Shown in pieces: positions 1 through 13,515 of a DNA stretch of 64,000 bases (the first letter of the stretch is position 1; each line of letters opens with the position of its first letter). The notes beneath the pieces were generated by a model. The model was given only the letters and a program-made list of their open reading frames with translations, was not told the origin of the DNA and ran no database searches. The stretch is from Eledone cirrhosa (taxonomy: Eukaryota). Both the position numbers and the translations under genes were made by a program. The DNA lies in contig OZ024766.1 in assembly GCA_964016885.1 (NCBI GenBank), positions 18,104,001-18,168,000 of the forward strand. The letters run 5' to 3'.

Positions 1-2388
1 CATGTCCATAGTATCAGAGCTGTGGTCTCTCAATTCAGAGAAATAGCAGCTCTACCTGGAGTGACTCTCCAGTGATTCTTACCTGAGACATTCTAACCAC
101 ATGTCCATAGTATCAGAGCTGTGATCTCTCAATTCAGAGAAGTAGCAGCTCTACCTGGAGTGACTCTCTAGTGATTCTTACCTGAGACATTCTAACCACA
201 TGTCATAGTATCAGAGCTGTGGTCTCTCAATTCAGAGAAGTAGCAGCTCTACCTGGAGTGACTCTCCAGTGGTTCTTTCCTGAGACATTCTAACCACATG
301 TCCATAGTATCAGAGCTGTGGTCTCTCAATTCAGAGAAGTAGCAACTCTACCTGGAGTGACTCTCCAGTGATTCTTTCCTGAGACATTCTAACCACATGT
401 CCATAGTATCAGAGCTGTGGTCTCTCAATTCAGAGAAATAGCAGCTCTACCTGGAGTGACTCTCCAGTGATTCTTACCTGAGACATTCTAACCACATGTC
501 CATAGTATCAGAGCTGTGATCTCTCAATTCAGAGAAGTAGCAGCTCTACCTGGAGTGACTCTCCACTGATTCTTTCCTGAGACATTCTAACCACATGTCC
601 ATAGTATCAGAGCTGTGGTCTCTCAATTCAGAGAAGTAGCAGCTCTACCTGGAGTGACTCTCCAGTGATTCTTACCTGAGACATTCTAACCACATGTCCA
701 TAGTATCACAGCTGTGATCTCTCAATTCAGAGAAGTAGCAGCTCTACCTGGAGTGACTCTCCAGTGATTCTTTCCTGAGACATTCTAACCACATGTCCAT
801 AGTATCAGAGCTGTGATCTCTCAATTCAGAGAAGTAGCAGCTCTACCTGGAGTGACTCTCCAGTGATTCTTTACTGAGACATTCTAACCACATGTCCATA
901 GTATCAGAGCTGTGATCTCTCAATTCAGAGAAGTAGCAGCTCTACCTGGAGTGACTCTCCAGTGATTCTTACCTGAGACATTCTAACCACATGTCCATAG
1001 TATCAGAGCTGTGATCTCTCAATTCAGAGAAGTAGCAGCTCTACCTGGAGTGACTCTCTAGTGATTCTCTAGTGATTCTTACCTGAGACATTCTAACCAC
1101 ATGTCCATAGTATCAGAGCTGTGATCTCTCAATTCAGAGAAGTAACTGCTCTACCTGGAGTGACTCTCCAGTGATTCTTACCTGAGACATTCTAACCACA
1201 TGTCCATAGTATCAGAGCTGTGATCTCTCAATTCAGAGAAGTAGCAGCTCTACCTGGAGTGACTCTCTAGTGATTCTCTAGTGATTCTTACCTGAGACAT
1301 TCTAACCACATGTCCATAGTATCAGAGCTGTGATCTCTCAATTCAGAGAAGTAATAGCTCTACCTGGAGTGACTCTCCAGTGATTCTTACCTGAGACATT
1401 CTAACCACATGTCCATAGTATCAGAGCTGTGGTCTCTCAATCCAGAGAAGTAGCAGCTCTACCTGGAGTGACTCTCCAGTGATTCTTTCCTGAGACATTC
1501 TAACCACATGTCTGTAGTATCAGAGCTGTGATCTCTCAATTCAGAGAAGTAGCAGCTCTACCTGGAGTGACTCTCTAGTGATTCTTACCTGAGACATTCT
1601 AACCACATGTCATAGTATCAGAGCTGTGGTCTCTCAATTCAGAGAAGTAGCAGCTCTACCTGGAGTGACTCTCCAGTGGTTCTTTCCTGAGACATTCTAA
1701 CCACATGTCCACAGTATCAGAGCTGTGGTCTCTCAATTCAGAGAAGTAGCAGCTCTACCTGGAGTGACTCTCCAGTGATTCTTACCTGAGACATTCTAAC
1801 CACATGTCCATAGTATCAGAGCTGTGATCTCTCAATTCAGAGAAGTAGCAGCTCTACCTGGAGTGACTCTCCAGTGATTCTTTCCTGAGACATTCTAACC
1901 ACATGTCCATAGTATCAGGGCTGTGATCTCTCAATTCAGAGAAGTAGCAGCTCTACCTGGAGTGACTCTCCAGTGATTCTTTCCTGAGACATTCTAACCA
2001 CATGTCCATAGTATCAGAGCTGTGATCTCTCAATTCAGAGAAGTAGCAGCTCTACCTGGAGTGACTCTCCAGTGATTCTTACCTGAGACATTCTAACCAC
2101 ATGTCCATAGTATCAGAGCTGTGGTCTCTCAATTCAGAGAAGTAGCAACTCTACCTGGAGTGACTCTCCAGTGATTCTTACCTGAGACATTCTAACCACA
2201 TGTTCATAGTATCAGAGCTGTGGTCTCTCAATTCAGAGAAGTAGCAACTCTACCTGGAGTGACTCTCCAGTGATTCTTTCCTGAGACATTCTAACCACAT
2301 GTCCATAGTATCAGAGCTGTGGTCTCTCAATCCAGAGAAGTAGCAGCTCTACCTGGAGTGACTCTCCAGTGATTCTTTCCTGAGACAT
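1..2388. repeat. 99-bp minisatellite (~24 copies, runs off left edge), derived from an RTE-LINE ORF2 fragment on the minus strand
   Basis: Unit start catgtccatagtatcagag recurs at 1, 100 and onward. The minus frame reads ESLQVELLLL*IER(S/P)QL*YYGHVVRMSQERIT, resembling the RTE 'EPLLLRIERSQLRWxGHVxRM' region. Confidence 0.9.
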
Positions 2389-2631
2389 TTTTATTTTTCA
2401 TTTTATTATTATTATTTTTATTTTATCTTATTTTATTTCACTTGTTTTATTATTTTTTTTAGTTGGACAAATATCATCTCTTTTTGAAAAAATCTCTGAT
2501 TTTCTGAGCTGAAGACTACTACTACTGCTACTACTACTACTACTGTTGTCACTGCCACCACCACTGCTGCTGTTACTACTACTACCATCACTACCACCAC
2601 CACACCACCTGTAGCCATGAGTAGACTGAAA

Positions 2632-2683
<52 letters not shown>

Positions 2684-2688
<5 letters not shown>

Positions 2689-3186
2689 TAAACGGAATAG
2701 AAAATGCTGACAAATTGTTCACAGTTGAAAAATGGTTTAATTAGGAATAAAAGAGTATTAGTGATTGTATGGGTTAGTATTCAGTTGTGGTTTTAAGTTT
2801 TTAAGTTTTTACCGGTTGCGCATTTCTAAATGCTTTTCAAAAATAATTTTGAGATAGAGTGTCCGTGTTGTTTGCTCTGATCTGATTAGTTTTGGGAATT
2901 CGACCTGTTTTTATGTTAAAAAAAGTGGCTCCAGCGTTACTTTGGTGTTGCAAAAATTTGCAACACCAAAGTAACGCTGGAGCCACTTTTTTAACATAAA
3001 AACAGGTAGAACTCTCAAAATTATTTTTGAAAAGCATTTAGAAATGCGCAACCGGTAAAAACTTAAAAACTTAAAACCACAACTGAATACTAACCCATAC
3101 AATCACTAATACTCTTTTATTCCTAATTAAACCATTTTTCAACTGTGAACAATTTGTCAGCATTTTCTATTCCGTTTACCAATATA
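2684..3186. repeat. Long inverted repeat (foldback) between (TA)n tracts
   Basis: 2684-~2952 is the reverse complement of ~2958-3186. The right arm lacks ~45 bp present in the left arm. Confidence 0.9.
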
Positions 3187-3429
3187 TAATAACTTGTGTG
3201 TTACACCTCTATTCTTTTAACTATATATATATATATATATATATACATGAATGTATGTATGTATAGTATATTTGGCAATATACCCTAAGTAGTAACTATG
3301 TCACTTACTTATTTTCGGCGAAAGAAGGGAGAGAAGCTGACAGTCTGTTTCACACTGCTTGGTTGATGCATATACATATGTATATACACATATATATATA
3401 TCATCATCATCATTTGTTATCTATCTTTT

Positions 3430-3643
3430 GGGTGTTTTTTACCATGCCTCCTACACGACCACTTTACAGTGGAATGATAGGGACCCCAGTCCCTATCATC
3501 TCATTTCTACAGCTGAGTAAACTGGAGCAATGTGAAATAAAGTGTCTTGCTCAAGGAAACAACACATCACCCGGTCTGAGAATTGAACTCACAACCTTTC
3601 GATTGCAAGGCCAATGCTCTAACCACTAAGCCATGTGCCTCCA
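3430..3643 (-). mobile_element. tRNA-derived CORE-type SINE, partial copy
   Basis: Reverse complement of the head ggaggcacatggcttagtggttagagc...gagttcaattc plus core ccttgagcaagacacttt. Confidence 0.85.
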
Positions 3644-3651
3644 TATATATA

Positions 3652-4136
3652 TCAGGCCGAAACAAATGAGATCGTGTAAGTGTCACGACAAAAAAACACA
3701 CAGTCCACGCTGTAATGTGGCCGTGTAGGCAACACGGTAAAAACCTCCCAGCCCCACACTGTAAATGTGGTTGGTGTTAGGAAGGGCACCCAGCTGTAGA
3801 AAACCCGCCAGACAGTCCACGCTGTAATGTGGCCGTGTAGGCAACACGGTAAAAACCTCCCAGCCCCACACTGTAAATGTGGTTGGTGTTGGGAAGGGCA
3901 TCCAGCTGTAGAAAACCCGCCAGTCAGTCCACGCTGTAATGTGGCCGTGTAGGCAACACGGTAAAAACCTCCCAGACCCACACTGTAAATGTGGTTGGTG
4001 TTAGGAAGGGCACCCAGCTGTAGAAAACCCGCCAGACAGTCCTATGCGAGCAAGACAATCACTCTTGCCTCAAGTGGGAAAACCCCCGTCCAAACCCATG
4101 CAAGCGTGGAACACGGACGTTAAACGTTGATGATGA

Positions 4137-4140
<4 letters not shown>
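3652..4140 (+). mobile_element. RTE-LINE 3' UTR fragment with internal tandem duplications and (GAT)n tail
   Basis: Matches the 3' UTR following the RTE ORF at 53700-53970. Ends ggacgttaaacgttgatgatgat. Confidence 0.8.
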
Positions 4141-4192
<52 letters not shown>

Positions 4193-4374
4193 ACCAACCA
4201 CTGTGAAACAGGCTGTCAGCTTCTCTCTCTTCTTTCTCCAAAAGTGACATAGTCCCTACTTTAAAACCAATAGTGTAAGGTCTTCTAAATGTTTTTAATT
4301 AAACAAACGGTATATTGCCAAATATACTATACATACATTCATTTATACATCGCTATATCAAGGCACCAATCCTA

Positions 4375-4406
<32 letters not shown>

Positions 4407-4423
4407 ATATATATGTATATATA

Positions 4424-4479
<56 letters not shown>

Positions 4480-4579
4480 ACTGCACCCAGAATTTTGTGG
4501 TGTGTGTGTGTGTATATATATATGTGTGTGTGTGTGTTTGTATATGTATGTGTATATGTATAAATATGTGTATGTTGTG

Positions 4580-4657
<78 letters not shown>

Positions 4658-4711
4658 TGTGTGTGTGTGTGTGTATATATATATGTATGTATATATATGT
4701 GTGTGTGTGTG

Positions 4712-4742
<31 letters not shown>

Positions 4743-5116
4743 ATATATATATATGTGTGTGTGTGTGTATATATATATGTGTGTGTGTGTGTGTATATAT
4801 ATATATGTGTGTGTGTGTATATATATATGTGTGTGTGTGTGTATATATATATGTATGTATATATATGTGTGTGTGTATTTGTATATGTATGTATATATGT
4901 ATAAATATGTGTATGTTGTGTATATATATATATATATATGTGTGAGTGTGTATATGTATGTTATATATATAAATATGTGAATGTGTATATGTATGTGTAT
5001 ATATATATGTGTATGTGTATATATATGTTATATATATATGTGTATGTGTATATATATATATGTATGTGTATGTATATATATATATGTATGTGTGTGTGGA
5101 GATGTATGTATATATA

Positions 5117-5151
<35 letters not shown>

Positions 5152-5345
5152 GTGTGAATGTGTATATGTATGTTATATATAAATATGTATGTGTATATAT
5201 ATATATGTATATGTGTGTGTGTATGTATATATGTGTGTGTGTGTATGTATGTATATATATATATTTGTGTGCAAGTATATGTATGTATATATATATGTGT
5301 GCAAGTATATGTATGTTTATTATATATATTATGTGTCTGTCTGTC

Positions 5346-5376
<31 letters not shown>

Positions 5377-5415
5377 ATGTATATATGTATGTATATATAT
5401 ATAAATGTGTATGTG

Positions 5416-5448
<33 letters not shown>

Positions 5449-5462
5449 ATATATATATATAT
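4375..5462. repeat. (TA)n/(TG)n compound microsatellite
   Basis: Direct inspection. Confidence 0.95.
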
Positions 5463-5679
5463 GGTGAGATAGAGGAAGTCTCAACCCCAGTATATGACCG
5501 GTACTTCTTTTATCGAACTCAAAAGGATGATTTTATAAAAAATCTTTTTTTTTTTTTTTTTTTTTAATTTCTAAAAAAAATTAAAAAAAAATTTTTTTAA
5601 TTAAAAGAAAAAAAGTGCTGGACTGCACCCAGAATATAGTATGTTATCCCGTTTGTAAAATAAGTTGGATTAATTTGAA

Positions 5680-5843
5680 TAAATAATTGTTTCTATTTTA
5701 GGCACAAGGCCAGCAATTACCCCAGTGTATTACTGGTACTTTATTTTATTGACCCTGTAATAATTGTTTCTACTTTGGGGGCACAAGGCCAGCAATTATC
5801 CCCAGTGTATTACTGGTACTTTATTTTATTGACCCTATAATAA
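5680..5843 (-). mobile_element. 3' fragments (two tandem) of a second SINE family (Meta-domain-like)
   Basis: Reverse complement of gtcgataaaataaagtaccagtaatacactggg...ggccttgtgcctaaagtagaaacaattat seen at 29925-29995. Confidence 0.7.
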
Positions 5844-5844
5844 T

Positions 5845-6088
5845 TGAGCAAGACACTTTATTTCACATTGCTCCAGTTTACTCAGCTGTAGAAATGAGAT
5901 GATAGGGACTGGGGTCCCTATCATTCCACTGTAAAGTGGTCGTGGAGGTGCCACGGTAAAAAAGCACCCAGCCCACACTGTAAATGAGGTTGGTGTTAGG
6001 AAGGGCATCCAGCTGTAGAAATCAAGCCAGAATCAGTTCCCGTCCTACCCTTGCAAGCAGGGAAAGGTGGACGTAAAATGAAATGAAC
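5845..6088 (+). mobile_element. CORE-type SINE, 5'-truncated
   Basis: Identical to the body and tail of the full copy at 31479-31813. Confidence 0.85.
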
Positions 6089-6105
6089 TGATATATATAT
6101 ATATA

Positions 6106-6460
6106 TCATCATCATCATCATCACTGTTTTACGTCCGTTCTTCCACGCTAGCATGGGTTAGACGGGTTGTCCTGTTGTGGGCAGTGTCTGGTCGGCTGAC
6201 CTTGTCTTGCTCATACAGGAACTGATTTGGCTTGATTTCTACAGCTGGATGCCCTTCCTAACACCAACCTCATTTACAGTGTGGGCTGGGTGCTTTTTTG
6301 CCTGGCACCTCCACGGCCACCTTGCGGTGGGGGCATATTGTCTATATGCTTCAGCTTGTACCCATGGGAGGTCGGGTACTCTGTATTACTGCGTGACGCC
6401 AGAAGTCACGGTCGTGTGTCATTGCCTTTGGGAGGTGTAATTGGGTAAGGTCGGCTTTTA
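6106..6460 (-). mobile_element. RTE-LINE 3' end
   Basis: Reverse complement of ~44485-44910, with a (CAT)n tail on +. Confidence 0.85.
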
Positions 6461-6620
6461 TATATATATATATATATAAATAAAGTATTTCAGTCAGAAA
6501 GGTACAGGAAAAAAGAGGGCTCTATGTAGGCTACAGAGCTTATTAGTTATGTAATAAACATAAGATAATTATTTCATTTACCAGTGGTTTCTTGAAGACA
6601 GATGTGTCTGTCTTTATTTA

Positions 6621-6678
6621 TTCATTCTGACGACTGAAGACAGACACATCTGTCTTCAAGAAACCAGTGGTAAATGAA
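6621..6678 (+). ncRNA. Type I hammerhead ribozyme motif
   Basis: Stem I TTCATT/AATGAA, core CTGACGA (6627-33), stem II TGAAGACAGA-caca-TCTGTCTTCA, GAAA (6660-63), stem III ACC-agt-GGT, predicted cleavage after GUA at 6672. Confidence 0.85.
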
Positions 6679-6951
6679 ATAATTATCTTATGTTGTTTAT
6701 TACATAACTATATATATATATATAGTGTATATATATAGTATGTATATATATATAGTAGGTGAGGAAGATGAGATGATGACAGCACTGTGTTGTATAACCT
6801 TTACAAACCTCTCCACCACCCTCACCCCCAGTATCACCCCACCATGTTGCCCTCACCACAGTCTCACCCCACCTCCCCAGAGGCACACACCTGGATTTGT
6901 CATCTACCTGGTTATTTACCTACCTGAAGCTAAGCTTGATGGTGGTGGGTG

Positions 6952-6984
<33 letters not shown>

Positions 6985-7606
6985 ATATATATATATGTAT
7001 TCATATATATATTTGTATGTATGTCTATATTTAAATATATATGTATGTATATATATATATCTTTGTATGTATGTATATATATATATATATTTATGTATAT
7101 GTATTTATGTATATATTTATTTATATATGTATGTATGTATATATATATGTGGGTGTGTATGTATATATATATATATATATTTATGTGTATGTATATATAT
7201 ATATATTTATGTGTATGTATATATATATATATTTATGTGTATGTATATATATATATATATTTATGTATATGTATTTATGTATATATTTATGTATATGTAT
7301 TTATGTATATATATATGTGGGTGTGTATGTATATATATATATATATATTTATGTGTATGTATATATATATATATTTATGTGTATGTATATATATATATAT
7401 TTATGTGTATGTATATATATATATATATTTATGTATATGTATTTATGTATATATTTATGTATATGTATTTATGTATATATATATGTATTTATGTATATAT
7501 TTAAATATATATGTATGTATATATATATGTAGGTGTGTGTGTATATATATATATATAGTGTTATGCTATTGTTGAGTACTCAACATATATTATCTCTCTC
7601 TCTCTC

Positions 7607-7668
<62 letters not shown>

Positions 7669-7887
7669 TACATATAAATACCTACAAAAACATATATATA
7701 CATGTATATACTCGTTATTGCCTGACATTTTAACCACCTACCTATATACATGTATATATATATGTACATACCTGTACTTGTGTGTGTGTGTGTATATGTA
7801 TATATATATATATGTGTGTGTGTTATTGGTGTTTACGCAGTTATTGCAATATTTAATTGTTGCGTTCGTGTATATATATATATATAC

Positions 7888-7941
<54 letters not shown>

Positions 7942-8062
7942 GAGCGCAACAATTAAATATTGCAATAACTGCGTAAACACCAATAACACACACACATATA
8001 TATATATATATATACACACACACAAACAAACAAGTACATGTATATATATATATGTGAGAGTG

Positions 8063-8641
8063 TCATCATCATTTTACGTCCGCTTTTCCCTGCTTGCAAG
8101 GGTGAGACGGGAACTGATGCTGGCTTGATTTCTACAGCTGGATGCCCTTCCTAACACCAACCTCATTTACAGTGAGTGCTGGGTGCTTTTTTGTCGTGGC
8201 ACCTCCACGACCACCTTACAGTGAGTGCTGGGTGCTTTTTTGTCGTGGCACCTCCACGACCACCTTACAGTGAGTGCTGGGTGCTTTTTTGCCGTGGCAC
8301 CTCCACGACCACTTTACAGTGAGTGCTGGGTGCTTTTTTGTCGTGGCACCTCCACGACCACTTTACAGTGAGGCCTGGGTGCTTTTTTGCCGTGGCACCT
8401 CCACGACCACTTTACAGTGAGTGCTGGGTGCTTTTTTTGCCTTGGCACCTCCACGACCACTTTACAGTGGAATGATAGGGACCCCAGTCCCTATCATCTC
8501 ATTTCTACAGCTGAGTAAACTGGAGCAATGTGAAATAAAGTGTCTTGCTCAAGGAAACAACACATCACCCGGTCTGAGAATTGAACTCACAACCTTTCGA
8601 TTGCAAGGCCAATGCTCTAACCACTAAGCCATGTGCCTCCA
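8063..8641 (-). mobile_element. Full CORE-type SINE with 6 internal 49-bp repeats
   Basis: tRNA-like A/B boxes at the 8641 end, core, six 49-bp units, RTE-type tail. Confidence 0.9.
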
Positions 8642-9037
8642 TATATATATATACACACACACATACATGTACATACATATATATACACACACACATATAT
8701 ATATACACACACAAATACATACATATATATATATATATATATACACACAAACACATACATATATATATATATATACACAAACACATACATATATATATAT
8801 ACACACACAGACACACATACATGTACATAATTATATATATATATACACACACATACATACATATATATATACACACAAACACATACATATATATATATAT
8901 ACACACAGAAACACATACATATATATATATATATATACACACAAACACATATATATATTATATACACACACATACATGTACATACATATATATATATATA
9001 TACATACACACACAGACATATACATACACACACACAT

Positions 9038-9072
<35 letters not shown>

Positions 9073-9117
9073 TACATATATACACGCACACACATATATA
9101 TATACACACACAAACAC

Positions 9118-9150
<33 letters not shown>

Positions 9151-9382
9151 AACACATACATATCTATAGACACACACAGACACATACATGTACATAATTA
9201 TATATATATATACACACACATACATACATATATATATACACACAAACACATACATATATATATATACACACACAGACACACATACATGTACATACATATA
9301 TACACACACAGACACACATACATGTACATATATATATATATATATATACACACATGTACATACATATACATACACACACATT

Positions 9383-9417
<35 letters not shown>

Positions 9418-9633
9418 ATATATACACAGACACATACATGTACATAGATATATATATATATATATACACACACATACATACATATATATACACACAAACA
9501 CATACATATATATATATACACACACAGACACACATACATGTACATACATATATACACACACAGACACACATACATGTACATATATATATATATATATATA
9601 TACACACATGTACATACATATACATACACACAC

Positions 9634-9673
<40 letters not shown>

Positions 9674-9752
9674 ATATATACACAGACACATACATGTACA
9701 TATATATATATATATATACACACATGTACATACATATACATACACACACATT

Positions 9753-9788
<36 letters not shown>

Positions 9789-10028
9789 TATATACACAGA
9801 CACATACATGTACATACATATATATATATATATATATACACACACATACATATATACACACACACATACATGTACATACATATATATATATATATATACA
9901 CACACATACATATATACACAGACACAGACACATACATGTACATACATATATATATATATATACACACACATACATATATACACAGACACATACATGTACA
10001 TACACATACATATATACACACACACACC
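8642..10028. repeat. (TA)n/(CA)n compound microsatellite
   Basis: Direct inspection. Confidence 0.95.
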
Positions 10029-10399
10029 TGTAATTGCCTAACTTCCCATCTTTAACACCTACCTACACACCTACCAAATATTTATCTACTTCAGTGGAGA
10101 GTAGCAATGTAACACCCCCACACCCCCGGGGGGGGGGTACCTCTGTGTGGGGGAGTGTTAGTTAACAATGATACTATCTACCACCTCTCACCCCAGGGGG
10201 GGGGGTACCTCTGTGTGGGGGAGTGTTAGTTAACAATGATACTATCTACCACCTCTCACCCCAGGGGAGGTGGGTACCCAGGTGTGGGGTAGGGTTAGAC
10301 AACAATCCTACTACCTATTAAGGGTGTCACATACCGGGGATATCTGGGGGTTTTGTCATAGCCACAAATGAAATTGTCTGGCTCACTGGCTTTGATATG

Positions 10400-11975
10400 T
10401 CTTTATATCTATATAGATAGATAGATATATATATAAAGATATATTTCTTTATTAGCCCCAAGGGAGGACAAAGACAAGCTGGGGATTTTACATACAGTCG
10501 TGTAAAAATATTGAAACAAACAATTATAACCATCGAAATCCCCAATAGGGGGGAGGCGCCACAAATGGGTTGTTTAATACCCCGTAGATAGAACAACCCT
10601 CAACTTAAGGAGCATGTTGTGCAAGTGCCCCTTTCTTCCTTTTGCTCTCTTCAACCTACAGGTTTATATACAGAGAAGGCCCAATCACTCGGGCCATTGT
10701 TGTCACATTCACCCACCTTTCAGTAAATTTACTGGGGTGCAGTGCCTCTCTCTCTCTCCACCCTGATTCTCCTTCTAAAGTGATACTTAAAGAATGGAAT
10801 CAATTGTTGTCCGGAGAGAAAGGCATCTGTCCTCAGTCCTCTCAACCTCGTCCACCATATAACACCTTTCACCATAGCCACCGTACAGAGGAAAACCGCC
10901 TCTCTTTCGTTTTTGAAAGAGTCTGGCGGTTTGATCCTTACTATGGACTCGGCAGTCAACTGTATTTGTCCCATACGCGACAGCAGTTGTTCTGCATAGT
11001 TCCACAGGTCGCTTACGCCTGGGCAGTGTACAATTGCGTGCAGAGCTGTTTCAATGTCCTGCGCACATCTTCGACACGTCCTCTTGGAAGGATCCCTGCC
11101 AGGGCGTCCGTGCCTGTAGATCTTGTCACGAACCGGTAGAGCTCCTCGGTAGCACTGCCAGGCCAGGGACCTCTGGAAGTTGTCCATAGGTAGATAGATA
11201 GATAGATAGATATATAAAGATATATTTCTTTATTAGCCCCAAGGGCGCACAAGAAAAGAGGACAAAGACAAGCTGGGGATTTTACATACAGTCGTGTAAA
11301 AATATTGAAACAAACAAATATAACAATCGAAATCGCTAATAGTGGGGGGGAGGCCCCACAAATGGGTTGTTTAATACCCCGTAGATAGAACAACCCTCAA
11401 CTTCAGGAGCGTGTTGTGCAAGTGCCCCTTTCTTCCTTTTGCTCTCTTCTTCAACCTACAGGTTTATATACAGAGAAGGCCCAATCACTCGGGCCATTGT
11501 TGCCACATTCACCCACCTTTCAGTAAATTTACTGGGGTTCAGTGCCTCTCTCTCTCCACCCTGATTCTCCTTCTAAAGTGGTACCTAAAGAAGGGAATGA
11601 GTTGTTGTCCGGAGAGAAAGCCAGCTGTCCTCAGTCCGCTCAACCTCGTCCACCATATAACACCTTTCAGTAAATTTACTGGGGTGCAGTGCCTCTCTCT
11701 CTCTCCACCCTGATTCTCCTTCTAAAGTGGTACCTAAAGAAGGGAATGGGTTGTTGTCCGGAGAGAAAGACAGATAGATAGATAAATAGATAGATAGACG
11801 AATAAAGAGTTGTGCAAGTGCTCCTTTCTTCCTTTTGCTCTCTTCTTCAACCTACAGGTTTATATACAGAGAAGGCCCAATCACTCGGGCCATTGTTGCC
11901 ACATTCACCCACCTTTCAGTAAATTTACTGGGGTGCAGTGCCTCTCTCTCTCCACCCTGATTCTCCTTCTAAAGT
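10400..11975 (-). mobile_element. Three tandem 5'-truncated L1/Tx1-like LINE 3' ends, each with an (ATCT)n-type tail
   Basis: ORF 10729-11187(-) contains a zf-RVT-like CRRC...H...HC motif. The 3' UTR is repeated at 10440-10630 and 11220-11430. gatagata tracts occur at ~10410, ~11190 and ~11772. Confidence 0.75.
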
Positions 11976-13339
11976 CATCACCTTTACAAGGAAGGAAAAG
12001 AGGAGGAAGTCAGCCAGATTTAAACCAGGAAATGTTATCTTCTTTTTTTTTTTTTGGCTGGCTTTGCTTTTCTACTTCAGTAGATGGTGGTGTGGGGGAG
12101 AGTATAGTCTGGTGTGGGGTAGCTGGGTGTGTCTAGTCCAGGTGGTGTGGGGGAGCTGGGTGTGTCTAGTCCTGGTGGTGTGGGCGAGAGTATGGTGTGG
12201 TGTGGTGTGGTGTGGGGGAGCTGGGTGTGTCTAGTCCAGGTGGTGTGGTGTTGTGTTGTAGCTCTGATGCTGGTTGTGGTGATGGAACACCTCTACACCA
12301 CCACCACCACCGAATAAAGGAAGCTACATAACATACTTTAGTCCCGCTTCCCTCCCCCACTACACCACACTACACACCACACTACACCACACCACACCAC
12401 ACCACACCACACCACACCACACCACACCACTCCACCACAATACTTCCTCTTGTGTAGTCAGAGGAAATTATCATAAAATGGTGAAAAGAAATTCTCTTTA
12501 AGACAAGATAAGATATATGTTTAATTAACCAAGTTGTGTATATATATATATATATATACACTGTATATATATATACACACTGTATATATATATACACAGT
12601 ATATATATACACACTGTATATATATATATATATACACACTGTATATATATATATACACACTGTATATATATATATATACACAGTATATATATATACACAC
12701 TGTATATATATATATACACTGTATATATATATATATACACACTGTATATATATATATACACTGTATATATATATACACTGTGTATATATATGTATACACA
12801 CTACATATATAAACAGTGTATACATATATATACAGTGTATATATATATACGGTGTATATATATGTATACACACTATATATATATATACTATGTATATATA
12901 TGTTTACACACTGTATATATATATATATATATACTGTATATATATATATATGTATACACACTGTATATATATATATATGTATACACACTGTATATATATA
13001 TACACGCATGCACACACACATATACACACATATATATATATACACTGTATATATATATATACACACACATATACACACACACACATATATACATACACAC
13101 ACATATACACACACACACACATACATATATACACACAGGTTGTATTTTAAGAAATATTTAGAATTTCCAAGAAATATTTTTGAAATCAGGAACAACATGC
13201 CACTTCCATTGTCTGGCTTTAGAAATATTTCTAACTTTACAGTAACTATATTTAAACATTTTAGAAGTACTGGGTCTTTTAAGTAGAATTTACCGTATCT
13301 ATATATATGTGTGTGTGTATATTTATATATATATATATA

Positions 13340-13515
13340 ATGAAATTATTCTGTACAGTGCTCAGGTGCAGTACAATTTATCAAAGGTGCATGTATAGTA
13401 CATAGGGTAATGTAGAAATGTCAGGGAAGTGGAGAGTGTATGAGTCATGATATACGTGTGTGCGTGTGTATGGATGGGGGGGAATATTAGGTGTAGTGTT
13501 TTTGAATTTCAGGAA
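13340..13515 (-). mobile_element. CR1-like LINE 3' end
   Basis: Continuous with the 61-bp array whose minus frame reads WNKLPASVVSCRDTASFK, a CR1 ORF2 C-terminal motif. Confidence 0.6.

Noticed and set aside
6756-6950. Possible exon ([12 protein letters not shown]...)
   Set aside because: No polypyrimidine tract, no clear donor and no recognisable protein similarity.
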